Shown piece by piece: positions 41,890 to 52,744 of a stretch of 64,000 nt of DNA. The first letter of the stretch is position 1. The number at the start of each line of letters is the position of its first letter. The position numbers and the translations under genes were made by a program. The stretch is from Paramoeba atlantica (lineage: Eukaryota; Protista; Discosea): contig CDRNVI010000063.1 in NCBI GenBank assembly GCA_977017575.1, positions 186,001 through 250,000 on the forward strand, given 5' to 3'. Below the pieces are notes generated by a model. The model was not told where the DNA came from and made no database searches. It saw only the letters and a list, made by a program, of their open reading frames with translations.

Positions 41890-43561
41890 TTGTTTGGTAT
41901 TGCTTTGGACGGAGGCACGGATCAGGTTCTCGGTGAACACATCATGGTAGCGGTGCTCTATGTAGGTCCTCATCATTGGGTACTTCCGCCTATGTATCAC
42001 GAAAAACATGGCGCATTTAATGGTGTCCAGATCGGTGCACAAATTGTTGATGATCTTCGCCGCCGTTTAGGGGCGCAACGTCTGCGAAAATGGGCCTACT
42101 TCATAGTAGATGGGGCTGCCGTCAATCATGTGGCCCGGCAGGAGGCTGAGAACGAACTTGGCGAATTGTATCGACGATTGGGCATTTTGGGTGAGAGCGA
42201 TTTCTCATCAATGAGGAATGCGGTTCAAGGATCAATTGCTCAACGCACCTTGTACTCAGCGGTTGGCGCTGGTGACATGCATCGGCCATTTTCTCAACCA
42301 AGTTGCGAAGTCGGCACTAAAGAGTTGGAACACTACGAACCTCTTTCTACTTCGTAAACATTTCACTAATACTTTCTATAGTGGAGCGAAAACTTCAGCT
42401 CGGAAAGGTGAATTTCGGGGTATAGCTCTGGACTTGCGTCTTGAAGAACTTGGTGACGACGTCCATAAGGCCGCAAAAACTGTTTAATCCTACTACAGCC
42501 TTTTGGTGGGACATGGTTTAGGAGATGTCGAGAAAGAAAAAAAATTGATTTCTTTGACAAGCGCAGTTTCTCTCTTGAAACGTTTCGTTGAAACTCCCGG
42601 TGTGGAACTTTACAACGCTCTAGTTTCGACTGCAACGTATGAGCAAAAATATGAAGTCTCAAAAGCCCTGGTCCCCGAAATTTTAGAAGGTCTCGACAAG
42701 GCGCACAAAGCTCCTGTTCATGGATCCCCCAAGCTTTGGGGTGTGACTCGATGGGTATTGGACAAGTTTACCTCAATTAGCTACATTGCCAACAAGGCTC
42801 CGACGATAGCCCGACTAGTGGAGGCGCACTGCCGTAAGAGTAAGAAACCGTCTGCTTCAATAGAGCAATGCTGGGAGTGCTTAAAAACCGAAGGATCAAT
42901 CCAGGCTATCATCAATCAGGCTAACGAATTCTTAAAGCAGTGCGCCCCCATAAAAAATGCTTTGGAACTTTTTTCTGACGTCACAGTCACTCCGAGAGTG
43001 CTTAGTGTTTTCCCTGTTATAAACAACCTTCGCAAGCAAATGTCGTATAATGAACAGGTAGTAGAAGCAATTTTGGGCCATCGAGATCGCGTTCGCCGGC
43101 ATCATCTCCGGGATTTTTTTATGAATGTACAATGGTTAAATCCTATGTATATCCAGTGGTCAGTCCGGAACTCTGATGGGTCTTTCTTGACTTCTCTTCC
43201 TAGTACTGAAATAATGAATGCCATGTTGCGAACTGGCACTCCGATGTTTTCGATATCGGATAACGAATTTAATGATTTTCTTACGTGTGAAGATTATGGT
43301 TGGCGCGCTACACCGCAGTACACAGCGGCGACTTGGTGGGAAGAGACAGGAACACTTAGGTACCCGGAAATATATCGCGCAGCACGATGTTACCTCTGGG
43401 TTCGGCCGATAGTTACAGAATGTGATTCAGTGCTTCCCGTAATGGGACAGAAGTACTGCAGTCGACAGACTAGTATGTCTCCGGAAAAGATGGCAGTGTA
43501 TATTTTCGTACACTGCAATATTAAACGTTTGGATCCTCAAATCAATGCAATTGTTGATTGA
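41890..43561 (+). pseudogene. hAT-superfamily transposase, frameshifted and 5-prime truncated
   Basis: LDGGTD, VDGAAVN, CIGHFLN (CxxH), TRW, and C-terminal WWEE...YPEIYRAARCYL...TEC, spread over three frames. Confidence 0.85.
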
Positions 43562-44360
43562 GCTTACAATTTTTTTATTAAGATGTATCTTCACTGTTCT
43601 TTTCTTTCTTTGCCAAGGCTCGAGGATAAACTCGACTGACCAAAAAACAAATTAAAAAAAATAAAAAAATCCAGAAGGGTAATTCCCAGATTATTCAGGC
43701 GGCGGTACAAGATTGGTACTGCCGTGGTGTTAGGGGTAGGCTTCCGGTGGGCCTAGGGGGGTGCACAACAAAAAAAATACTTTGGGCGATGAAAACTAAT
43801 GCATGCAAGGAAATAATCCTTTTAGAGATAGAGATACTGTTTCTATAATGCTTTCGACCATCTTGAAGTTTAACACCTGAAGATCCGCGTTAAGTGGTTC
43901 GCTGTGTTCGCTATTTTGTTCACTGAACCAGCGAACACAGCGAACCAGCGAACACACCAGCGAACCAAAAGGTATAGAATCCATCGCCAAACACAAAAAG
44001 AGAATCTATTTACGACTGTCAAACGAATAATTTCAAAGATTACATACATACAATACTTTATGTATACGTGTCCGGGTCTTGTGATATAGGTGGGGTGCCC
44101 TCCCCATTTATCCTATATCAAACTTGTTTTTCATTTTTACTTTTTTTTGTATTTCTTTTTTTTCTTCTTTTTTGTTTTTCTTTTTTTATTGACGACCGCC
44201 CACTTTAGAGTCGCCTCTTGGGTCTCTTTGTTTCTGCTGAACGGTCGTGCCCTCGAGCCGAACAGTTGGGGCTTTAATATAACATATGAATCCTATGGAT
44301 ACCAAGATTCCTTTGCAGTTTTCCGACTAATGACTGGAGTATCACTGGAGAAGAGGTTCA

Positions 44361-45113
44361 TAGGGGGGTGCACGAAAATATGGGTGGGGGGTCAAAATTC
44401 TTATAATTCGGCCAATTTTGGAAAATAATAGCGCATTCGAGAGCTCTCACAGAGTTACGTGTCATGTGATATTACGTTTTACGTAGTTTCCAGGTATATG
44501 CATTCTCCTGAATACCTTAAAAAGGGCAACTGCAAGTTTTTTTTCCGGTAAAAAAAAGTTAGTATCCACAATTTCCACCTTTTTTCTCCAACACAATTTT
44601 TACGTTCGTTGGAATACTCTCTAAAGTCCTCAAAAATACATCGTATTGCGCCCCTTTTAATTTTTCGACCCCAGAAGCGATCGCTCGTCTCAAATCTGTA
44701 CGATTCGTTGGACAAAGCGAGTTTTTATGCTCGTCCATATCAGAATCGAGAATATTTTAACCAAGAGTATCCTGTGAGACGCTCTAAGTTGCCCACAAGG
44801 CGAATAACAAAATCTGCTCCGTTTCTGCACCTTTTTATTATTCGAATATGACCTTTTCTGGGGCATAGTACTGTATTAGGATCAAAAAAGTCAATAAATT
44901 CACAAAAAAAAGCATGTTTTTCAAAAAACTGCAGAATTTTGCACTTTGAAAAATCATGATTTTTTTAAATTGTTTAAAAAATTTAAAAATGCGGGAAACG
45001 CATTATCACATGACACTTAACTCTGTGAGAGCTCTCGAATGCGCTATTATTTTCCAAAATTGGGCGAGTTATAAGAATTTTGACCCCCCCCCATATTTTC
45101 GTGCACCCCCCTG
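44361..45113. mobile_element. Complete 753-bp MITE with TIRs of about 110 bp (family A, CAGGGGG terminus)
   Basis: 44361-44470 and 45005-45113 are near-perfect inverted repeats. The right end reads CCCCCCTG|TA. Confidence 0.9.
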
Positions 45114-45863
45114 TATATAAATTATTTACGACGTGCAAAGAACAGTCATTGTTTCCAGGAGCTTGTTGCACGCAATCAACATATGTGACCTGTAGTCGAT
45201 GATATCGTTCGTGCGATAATTTTAAGGTTTCCACAAAGCGATTTAAGTTGTCCATTGCTGCACGAGGAGCGTGTTGTATTAAACTGTCAAAGACTAGAAG
45301 GGTGTTGGAAGAGACCCGAACAAGTGAGCTTCGTAAAGGACCTGAAATCGCCGATCCACGAGTGTGCGCGTTGTCTAGCGTCTCGTTCTCGTTCGAATCG
45401 ACAGTCTTTGAAAGGATAAAGGGAACTATTAATAAAGTTTCAATGATTTCCATAAAAGAAAATATTACGCTACATTTACTCTACCTTTTTGGTAAAAAAA
45501 ATTGTTCAATTTTTTTTTCGGACAATTTGTTTTCTTCTAAACGGCACTATAAGTGGGGGGGTACCCCGGCACAGTAAATAGAAAAAGAAGTTTCTTATTC
45601 AGCGTTTTTCACTGAGCTTTCGGTCCTTATCTGTACGGCGGAAAACCTAGCTTTATTAACCTTTTGCTTGAAGTACTACATTACGAAAAGCGCAAAATGT
45701 ACATTCACAGAGATCTCCTTAACCGTCTAACGTTAGATGCTTTCTTTGTTGCGTGCTCAACAGAGCATCAAAACACGCAGTCTCTAGTCCCATCTACACT
45801 GTACAAAGAACTGACACCTGTCTACTTTATCGTGTTCCTACACGTATCTGTTCTCCTCTTCCT

Positions 45864-47501
45864 CTACACTTTTTCTTCCTCTTTGCATCCACTTTCTTCC
45901 TCTTCCTCTGCCTCATAGGTAAATCCCAACACCTCCGTGGTACCCGAGCCACTCCGTGACAGTACCACCTCCTCCCTCCACTGCCTCAACCCGGATGCGG
46001 TCATAGGCTCCAGCACTCCCTCCGGTGCTGCTCCGTCCCCCGGTACCCTACTAACTCTACTCAGCCCCTCCCAATCGATGCCCTGAAAAAAAGCATGTTT
46101 TTTCAACAAACTCGCCCCCGTAACCCTTTTCATCGGATTCTTCCGCAGCAACAGTCGTAACAAATCACATGCGGCAGGCGACAACACCCCAATCGGCAGT
46201 GCCACCGGTTCGGCTATAATTTTCGCAAAAACCTCCCCCGGGGTACTTCCCCCAAACGGAGGGGACCCCAGGAGCATTTCATACACCATGACCCCGAGGG
46301 CCCAGTAGTCCACCCCGGACCCATAGCCTTTTCGTCGAATCACCTCCGGCGCGAGATACAGCGGGGTGCCACAGAACGTGTACGCCTGCTGCGCCTCCTC
46401 GAGCAACAGCGTGCGAGCGAGTCCCATGTCCGTAAGCACACAGTGCCCTTCGGAATTAAAAACCACATTGTCGGGTTTAAGATCGCGATAGATAATCCCG
46501 TGGGAGTGGAGATGGGAGAGCGCACAGAGGAGCTGTGCCGCGTAGAGGGCAGTAGTGGGCTCCGGGAGACGTCGATGATGGGTGAGGAAACGGCTAAGGG
46601 AGCCGTTGGGGAGGTAGGGCATGAGGAAACATAATTTTTGGGGCGTCTGGAACGCGGCCTCGAGGCGGATGAGGAAGGGATGACGGAGCTGGAGAAGGAT
46701 TTGCCGTTCGGAGAGAATGAGCTTAAGGTCGAGAGATTCGGATTTGCGGATGATTTTGAGCGCGCTGATGCGGTGTGTGGTTTTGTGTTGAACTTTAAAG
46801 ACTTTTCCAAAGCTGCCTTCGCCTAATATACCGAGGGGTTCGAAATCTTGTAATGAAATTTTGTGACGGCAAGCCGCTTGACTGATTTTATTATTTCTCC
46901 CCAAGCTGTGATGACTAAACGGAGTTAGTGAATGTGTTGGCATGGGTTGCTTCTGGTTAACGCATTCGGTTTTGGAATGAATCGATTCCTCCACTATCTT
47001 AGTTTGACGCATCTCAATTGCTTTTTCAAAGTCAGGGGACGTATGCAAATTTTCATCCCCACTCTGAACGCTATTCTCGTGCATTTGTCCCTGAGAAGGA
47101 AAGTCCAATAAATATAAATTCGAGTCAGCAATTGCGGTTCGGAGAGAGCTGACCCACGAGCACAACAGTGCTTCATCGGTGACCCGTAAGCGGAGCTTTG
47201 ATTTACGCAACGGGACGCATAAGACGAATGTTTTCTCATCTCGGACTGATATGGAAGAGCCAGCCAGAGGAAGCTTTAAATACGGTGTCTTTCCATTCGA
47301 CCCTTTATAAATCTCTAGCGTATTTCTGCGTAGAACGCCCCAATGTGTGTTGTAAGAATTGAAAATTTTCCCGTTATGGATGCGAAGGTGAGAAGAAAAG
47401 CCCGTAAACTCACTGTTTGTTTTAGGAGCAGAAATTGTTCTAGTCTCCTGAGGACGACACTCCCATTTCTGATTCGTGCAAGGTAGAGAACACGCCGCCA
47501 T
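45864..47501 (-). CDS. AGC-family Ser/Thr kinase with an N-terminal PH domain (RAC/PKB-like)
   Basis: PH-like WGVLRRNTLEIY...SWVSSLR; GEGSFGKV, YRDLKPDN, DMG, FCGTPLYLAPE; C-terminal GFTY. Confidence 0.9.
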   Translation of the reverse strand: MAACSLPCTNQKWECRPQETRTISAPKTNSEFTGFSSHLRIHNGKIFNSYNTHWGVLRRNTLEIYKGSNGKTPYLKLPLAGSSISVRDEKTFVLCVPLRKSKLRLRVTDEALLCSWVSSLRTAIADSNLYLLDFPSQGQMHENSVQSGDENLHTSPDFEKAIEMRQTKIVEESIHSKTECVNQKQPMPTHSLTPFSHHSLGRNNKISQAACRHKISLQDFEPLGILGEGSFGKVFKVQHKTTHRISALKIIRKSESLDLKLILSERQILLQLRHPFLIRLEAAFQTPQKLCFLMPYLPNGSLSRFLTHHRRLPEPTTALYAAQLLCALSHLHSHGIIYRDLKPDNVVFNSEGHCVLTDMGLARTLLLEEAQQAYTFCGTPLYLAPEVIRRKGYGSGVDYWALGVMVYEMLLGSPPFGGSTPGEVFAKIIAEPVALPIGVLSPAACDLLRLLLRKNPMKRVTGASLLKKHAFFQGIDWEGLSRVSRVPGDGAAPEGVLEPMTASGLRQWREEVVLSRSGSGTTEVLGFTYEAEEEEESGCKEEEKV

Positions 47502-47719
47502 ATTCGTGATACAACTTACGAGTAGGTGGCGAACACGTCACAACGATCAGACATCAATTTCCTCTCTTCATATAAAAACCAAATATGACATGAATGAACG
47601 AATCATAAAATACGCTAGTTCACCTGATTCTCACTCATTATGAAAAGAAATGAAAAACAAAGAGGAAAATGTTATCTCTCATTACGTACATGCGGTATCA
47701 CCATATATCCCCACCCCTG

Positions 47720-48619
47720 TCACTCCATCTCCCCACACTTCCCCTTCGTATAATCCCTCAACCTTTTATCCAAAAACACCACCAACTTCTTACACGCCAC
47801 CACCGCCGTCTCCCACACCCTCCCCATCTCCCCCTCCCTCCCGCCTCCCCCCATCCGAAAACTCACCCCTTCCGTCGGGGTGTGGCCGTAGCACACGTAC
47901 CACCCCCCGCCCCTTCCCGCCGCGGCCTCCTCCCGGGTCGGGTCCACCACCACCCGCTCCCCGAGCACCACCACGGAGGCCGACACCACGAGGTCCCGCA
48001 TCGGGACCCCGGCGTCCTGGAGCGCCAGCCCCGCGGCGTTCACCACCGCCGCCTCCACCCCCCCTTCCTCCTGGAGCACCTGGATGTGGAGGTCCAGCGT
48101 ACTGTGGGGGTAGGCCCCGCGGAGGATGGCCCCCGCGAGGGTGTCGAGGACCGCCTGGGCCAGCAGCCGGTCTCGGCTACCACTACCACCACTGCTACTC
48201 GTAGTGGAGTACAGCCCCCCACGTGACCCGGTGTTTGCGCGGGAGCTGGCAAAGACAAGGTCACAGGTGAGGAGGAGGGCCCCGGGGGTGGGGGGTTCAT
48301 CCATAGGGGAAGTAGAAGTAGAGGTAGAGGTTGAAGAAGAGGAACCCCCCGCCCGGGGGTGTAGTGCGGCAGGGGGGAGGGTTGTGGTTGCGGTGCTGAC
48401 TACGGCGCCGGAGGCTGCGGCGGAGAGGCTGAGGGGCTCGGTGGCTTTGGGGCCGTAGACGGCGGCGACGACTTTGGTGCCCCCGAGGTCGAGCGCACAG
48501 CTGCCGTCGGCGGTGTGGAGGATGCCGAGGGAGAGGGAGGTGTCGCGCCACTCGGTGAGGCGTCGTCCGTCACGGCGGAGACCGGCGAGGGAGATGTGTT
48601 CGTGGTGGCGGGAGACCAT
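47720..48619 (-). CDS. RRP41: Exosome RNase PH subunit RRP41
   Basis: GLRRDGRR, GGTKVVAAVYGP, YPHSTLDLHIQVLQEEGG, NAAGLALQDAGVPMRD. Confidence 0.9.
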   Translation of the reverse strand: MVSRHHEHISLAGLRRDGRRLTEWRDTSLSLGILHTADGSCALDLGGTKVVAAVYGPKATEPLSLSAAASGAVVSTATTTLPPAALHPRAGGSSSSTSTSTSTSPMDEPPTPGALLLTCDLVFASSRANTGSRGGLYSTTSSSGGSGSRDRLLAQAVLDTLAGAILRGAYPHSTLDLHIQVLQEEGGVEAAVVNAAGLALQDAGVPMRDLVVSASVVVLGERVVVDPTREEAAAGRGGGWYVCYGHTPTEGVSFRMGGGGREGEMGRVWETAVVACKKLVVFLDKRLRDYTKGKCGEME

Positions 48620-49088
48620 GGAGGGGTGAGGAAGGATAGAAGGGGTAGAAGAAGAATCTGTAATGGGGACAAAGTTTATTAAGAAAGGTTTTTTGGTTAA
48701 GAAGATTATGCTGCTGCCCGATTTAAAGAGGACACATCAAGAGAGTGTGAAAGAGGCGAACCTATTTAAAAAAACAATAATTTTGTCAACGAAATGCGAA
48801 GCATAAATGGCAGGTGCTGCTATCAGTACGACATCAAAGCGACTTATCTATTTCACAGGCCGGAGTAATCTTTATGCTTTACGCATTACGTTTTCGGGAG
48901 GCAGTAGCGTAGAAAAAAACAAAATAATGTAATCATAAAACGAACTTCTACGGGAAACGTGATCAGTTCTACTGTATTTATAGCAATCGAGAATTTCAGA
49001 AATCACTTTTACTGCACATCAAAAGATGGCATGATAGTCTTCCTTGTTCAGTGCCGTATTTTTTAGACCCTCTTACAATGGAAGTAGA

Positions 49089-49424
49089 TCACGAAGCGGG
49101 CTTTGCGGCCTGTGGATTCTTTACGACAAGAATTACGTTATCACCCCGCACAAAAACTTTAGAAAGGGATCTTCGTTTTGGGACACCTCGAGTACTGCTT
49201 TTATCTCGTTCAACCCAGATTTCTTGAACATTATCCATAATGAGGTTCATGTGTCGGTCAAAGGCGCGTACACGCCCAAGCATTTTGTGATTATCCCGAC
49301 AATATACGAATATTTGCGCGCCGGACTTCAAGCTTGAATCCAAAACACTGAGCGGACCACGTTCGAACTCTTCTCTTTCGGCTTCGTCAGCTGCTTCTCG
49401 GGTCAGCGGCTTGTGTGTTACCAT
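49089..49424 (-). CDS. SNRPD2: snRNP core protein SmD2
   Basis: EFERGPLSVL, CRDNHKMLGRVRAFDRHMNL, VFVRGDNVILV. Confidence 0.96.
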   Translation of the reverse strand: MVTHKPLTREAADEAEREEFERGPLSVLDSSLKSGAQIFVYCRDNHKMLGRVRAFDRHMNLIMDNVQEIWVERDKSSTRGVPKRRSLSKVFVRGDNVILVVKNPQAAKPAS

Positions 49425-50076
49425 AGTGAGAGTGACAAGTTATAAGAAAGTAAATGATAGCACTATAGGATAAATTAGCAGTTCTTCTGAATCCAAATTT
49501 GTACGCTGTATTTGTTTCACATGAAAGCGAGACAAAGAGTAGAGTATAAATGGGGAGGAAAAGAGCTCAAGGAGGAAGGTTCGCAATATTAAGTACCCTT
49601 GCGACATCTGCTGTCCTAGCAAAAATCGTATGCCGGTATAGGACTATTCACCCGAACAGTGCTATTATACAAAGTGGTGCAATTTTCACTTTAATTTGAT
49701 AAATACAGTATCATGAAGTTTACACTGTAAACTTTACAGTGTAAAATTTATGCTTTATACTATAAATTTTATACTTTATATTACTTTGTTCCAATTTGAA
49801 ATAAGAAAGCTAATGGTTTCCAAGTTTTATTGAAGGGTATCCATACAGTTTCAGATACTAGTCGTGCTTATAGAATGTTTCTTTTCATAAACAGACAGAA
49901 CGCCTGAATTCCAACGGACCGAAACTATTAATCATCATTTAGAGATGTATAACCCTTTTGGCAGGGGAAGCTGAGGTAGAGTTTATTCTATACACAATTC
50001 TATACAGCTTATTCTAAGTACAATGGCACAACCAATAATGATAATAATTCAAATACAATGACCACAAGTCAAATTA

Positions 50077-51125
50077 CTGTACCCCCCCTAGTTATCTGTC
50101 GTTACTTTTCGAGGGGTGCGACAGATAACTTTTTTAAGTCAAGGTTTCTAGATGGGTTCGCTGTTTCGTTCACTGAACCAGCGAACCAGTGAACACCAGC
50201 GGGCCAACGAGTATGAATGATGTGATTGAGGTCTATTTCAGACACGGATGAAGTCACGACAGCCAAGAACGCCTCCAAGGAACCGAAAGAACTGCAGGGC
50301 AGAACGCGAAAAGACAAAACAAAAGCACCTGGCGGAGTACTTGGCAAGTACTTAGTACGTACTATCCGTACTAGGGAGATGTATGACTTGCGGGTTATAA
50401 CCTTGCGTGTCGATCATGATCTTCTCAAAGCACAGCACTACTCGCTTCGAAAAATAGCCTAATTCTGCTTTAAAGGATGAGCATGTTACAGCAATAGTGA
50501 CCTTCAATTTTTAGTTAGCGCATCAAAAGTTTCGATGCGCATGATTTTGATTCAAGTACGCATGATAAGACGCCGAAAATCGCGAAAAATGGCGTGTCAC
50601 TTTACAGAACTACCGCTCTACCCTCGATTATTAATCAAAAATGAGAAATTTAATGAAAAAAAAGTCTAAAAAAAAAATGAAAAACTAAAAAGGATGTGTT
50701 TTGCTGGTCTAGGGGTACCAGGCATTCTCTTTAAAAATTCCCCGCAAAGCTTAGGGTTACATTAACAAGGTTGTTCGTTAAAAAAATTACCCAAAAAAGA
50801 GGAAACAAATAACTTTGTTTCAATATACTGTTTCAATATACTGCGGAGGGGAGAGAAAGAGTGGGGTTGAGGTTACTGTGGTGTGGAGGGGAGAGAGAGT
50901 GGGATTGAGGGATACTGTGACCCATAATGTGCTTCTGCCTCGGAGAACCATGAGGCGGGGTAATCTACACTGTATGTTAAAAACGCAGCTAATCGCAAAA
51001 AAAATCAGCGCCGCTTCGCAACGCCTGTTTTGTCCGACTGACAATTATGTAGGGGGAGGGTGAATTCATCTTTTCTCAGAACTGACAAATAAGTAGGGGG
51101 GTGACAATTATGTAGGGGGGGATGG
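50077..51125. mobile_element. Family-B element of about 1.05 kb, TA-flanked
   Basis: TA|CTGTACCCCCCC ... GGGGGGGATGG|TA, with internal CAGCGAACC repeats and a degenerate GCCGCTTCGC hairpin. Confidence 0.6.
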
Positions 51126-51326
51126 TACCTTGCTAAGCGAAGCTGCTTCGCATTACCGAAGCTGTACTAAACTTACTGAGCAATTGTACTAAACTCCCGA
51201 TTCGAATATTACTCTAGATATTCAGTGCAGGTCCGTGTGATTTCTCTCATGGTGCTGTCAGAAAGATTGTGATGCTATATTGTATGAGATTCATCATAAA
51301 TGTTGTTAGCACGAACTAAAGACATA

Positions 51327-51428
51327 CAGGGGGTGGCACGGAAAGATGGGGGGTCAAAGGTCGTAAAACTTGGCCGATTTTGGAAAATAGCACCGCATTC
51401 GAGAGCTCTCGAAGAGCTACGTGTTGCC
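51327..51428 (+). mobile_element. Family-A left TIR
   Basis: TA|CAGGGGGTGGCACGG...GGGGGTCAAA...TTTTGGAAAATA...GCATTCGAGAGCTCTC. Confidence 0.75.
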
Positions 51429-51908
51429 TAATATGCGCATGTTTAAAAATGCGCTTCCTGTCTCTTAAACTTTTCATTGTTCACAGAAAAATACGTTTTC
51501 GAAACTTGCAATTTTCCCCCTCCCATCGGATGTGCCAGACGTGCGCTGACTCATCCCGTCGATCATCCCGATCACCGCGGGACAACTCCACTTCTCTTGG
51601 GCGCACCCACATTTGGGTTTTTCATCAGTGCATTGGTTTTCTGCCCAGCTAACCTCGCAATTACGCCATCGGCGCCCGCTCAACCACTATCGGTCCGCTC
51701 AGCCAACCCCACTCTTCCAACACCCCTGCCCCCGTCCAACCAGTCTTCCGAGTCAAATCCTTGTTACTGGGGGATCTGTTTATAGGGGGTTTACGATAAA
51801 TATTTTTTCACGGTTCCAGCGAGGAAAACTCACGGTTTCAGATCCCGCAGTAGCAAGGGTCTTTCCATGTCCCACCTAGACTTGCACTGTGCAAGTTGGG
51901 CATCGCAA

Positions 51909-52553
51909 TTAATCAAGGTTTCGGCGCGCATTAGCGCTTTTTACAGACTGACGTATGTGCCGTCGGGATACCAAAAGAGGGGTAAACAAACTTCGAAGAA
52001 AACAAAATATAAGTACGAATAAAACAACCCCCATAACAAAGGAATAAATATACCCCATCCTGCGTTGCCGCGCAGGTAGGAGTCTCATAAAAAGTCGCAT
52101 ACGTGCAGGATCCCCAGGAACCCGCGTGCCTCGATAATACGCTGACGTTGGGTCTAAGAGTAGTGCCCGAGCCTGCTTAAGCTCAGACGCTCTGGCACGA
52201 CCATGTGGGGAGTTGGGGTCACAAACTGCGGATTTAGTTTTAAAAGACCTTTCAATGTCATCTTTTGTTGCCGTGGCCGCATTTAATCCCAAAACGTGAA
52301 GAGGATCACTGTGGAGAAGAAAAAGTTCCTGCTCGCGTGCTTCGCCCGAGAACGTGTTCGCAGAGTCGTGAGTATGATTAAACATCTCCCAACCTCTTGC
52401 ACTTGAGCTCGCCTGCCGAATATTCGACGTAAAAATGGGAATGGCGGAGTCTATCGTGCCTGATCGGAGAGAACAATGGGAAACTACAGGTGCTGTATGA
52501 CCTCGAAAGCGCTGTGCTAGGTAGCAAATAACGGCCTTTTTGCTACTATTCAT
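51909..52553 (-). CDS. J-like domain protein lacking HPD, with a C-terminal TM segment and a possible mitochondrial presequence
   Basis: DPLHVLGL...IERSFK...CDPN...ELKQARALLLDP; TM segment YIYSFVMGVVLFVLIFCFL. Confidence 0.7.
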   Translation of the reverse strand: MNSSKKAVICYLAQRFRGHTAPVVSHCSLRSGTIDSAIPIFTSNIRQASSSARGWEMFNHTHDSANTFSGEAREQELFLLHSDPLHVLGLNAATATKDDIERSFKTKSAVCDPNSPHGRARASELKQARALLLDPTSAYYRGTRVPGDPARMRLFMRLLPARQRRMGYIYSFVMGVVLFVLIFCFLRSLFTPLLVSRRHIRQSVKSANARRNLD

Positions 52554-52744
52554 GAATGAAAAATCTTAAAGTATTTGTGTAGAGGTTTATGACTTAATAT
52601 TTGGTAAATCCAAAACATTCATAAATGCGCTGACCATCAGTCAGGAAACCTAGAATTAGCGCTTTACATTTTTTCTTAACGATTCAGAATAAACTTTGCA
52701 GCCTCCAAGCAAATTGATACATAAAAAGCCCATAGGCACCTTCC

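Larger units (their letters stand above)
41203..45574. mobile_element. Nested transposon block bounded by inverted family-B-like ends
   Basis: CTGTGCC...CCCCCACTTATAGTGCCG near 41203 and its inverse CGGCACTATAAGTGGGGGGG...GGCACAG|TA at 45542-45574. Contains the hAT remnant and the family-A MITE. Confidence 0.5.

Noticed and set aside
49845-49865. Spliced-leader-like TACAGTTTC
   Set aside because: The match breaks down after 9 nt; no donor GT or Sm site in the SL arrangement.
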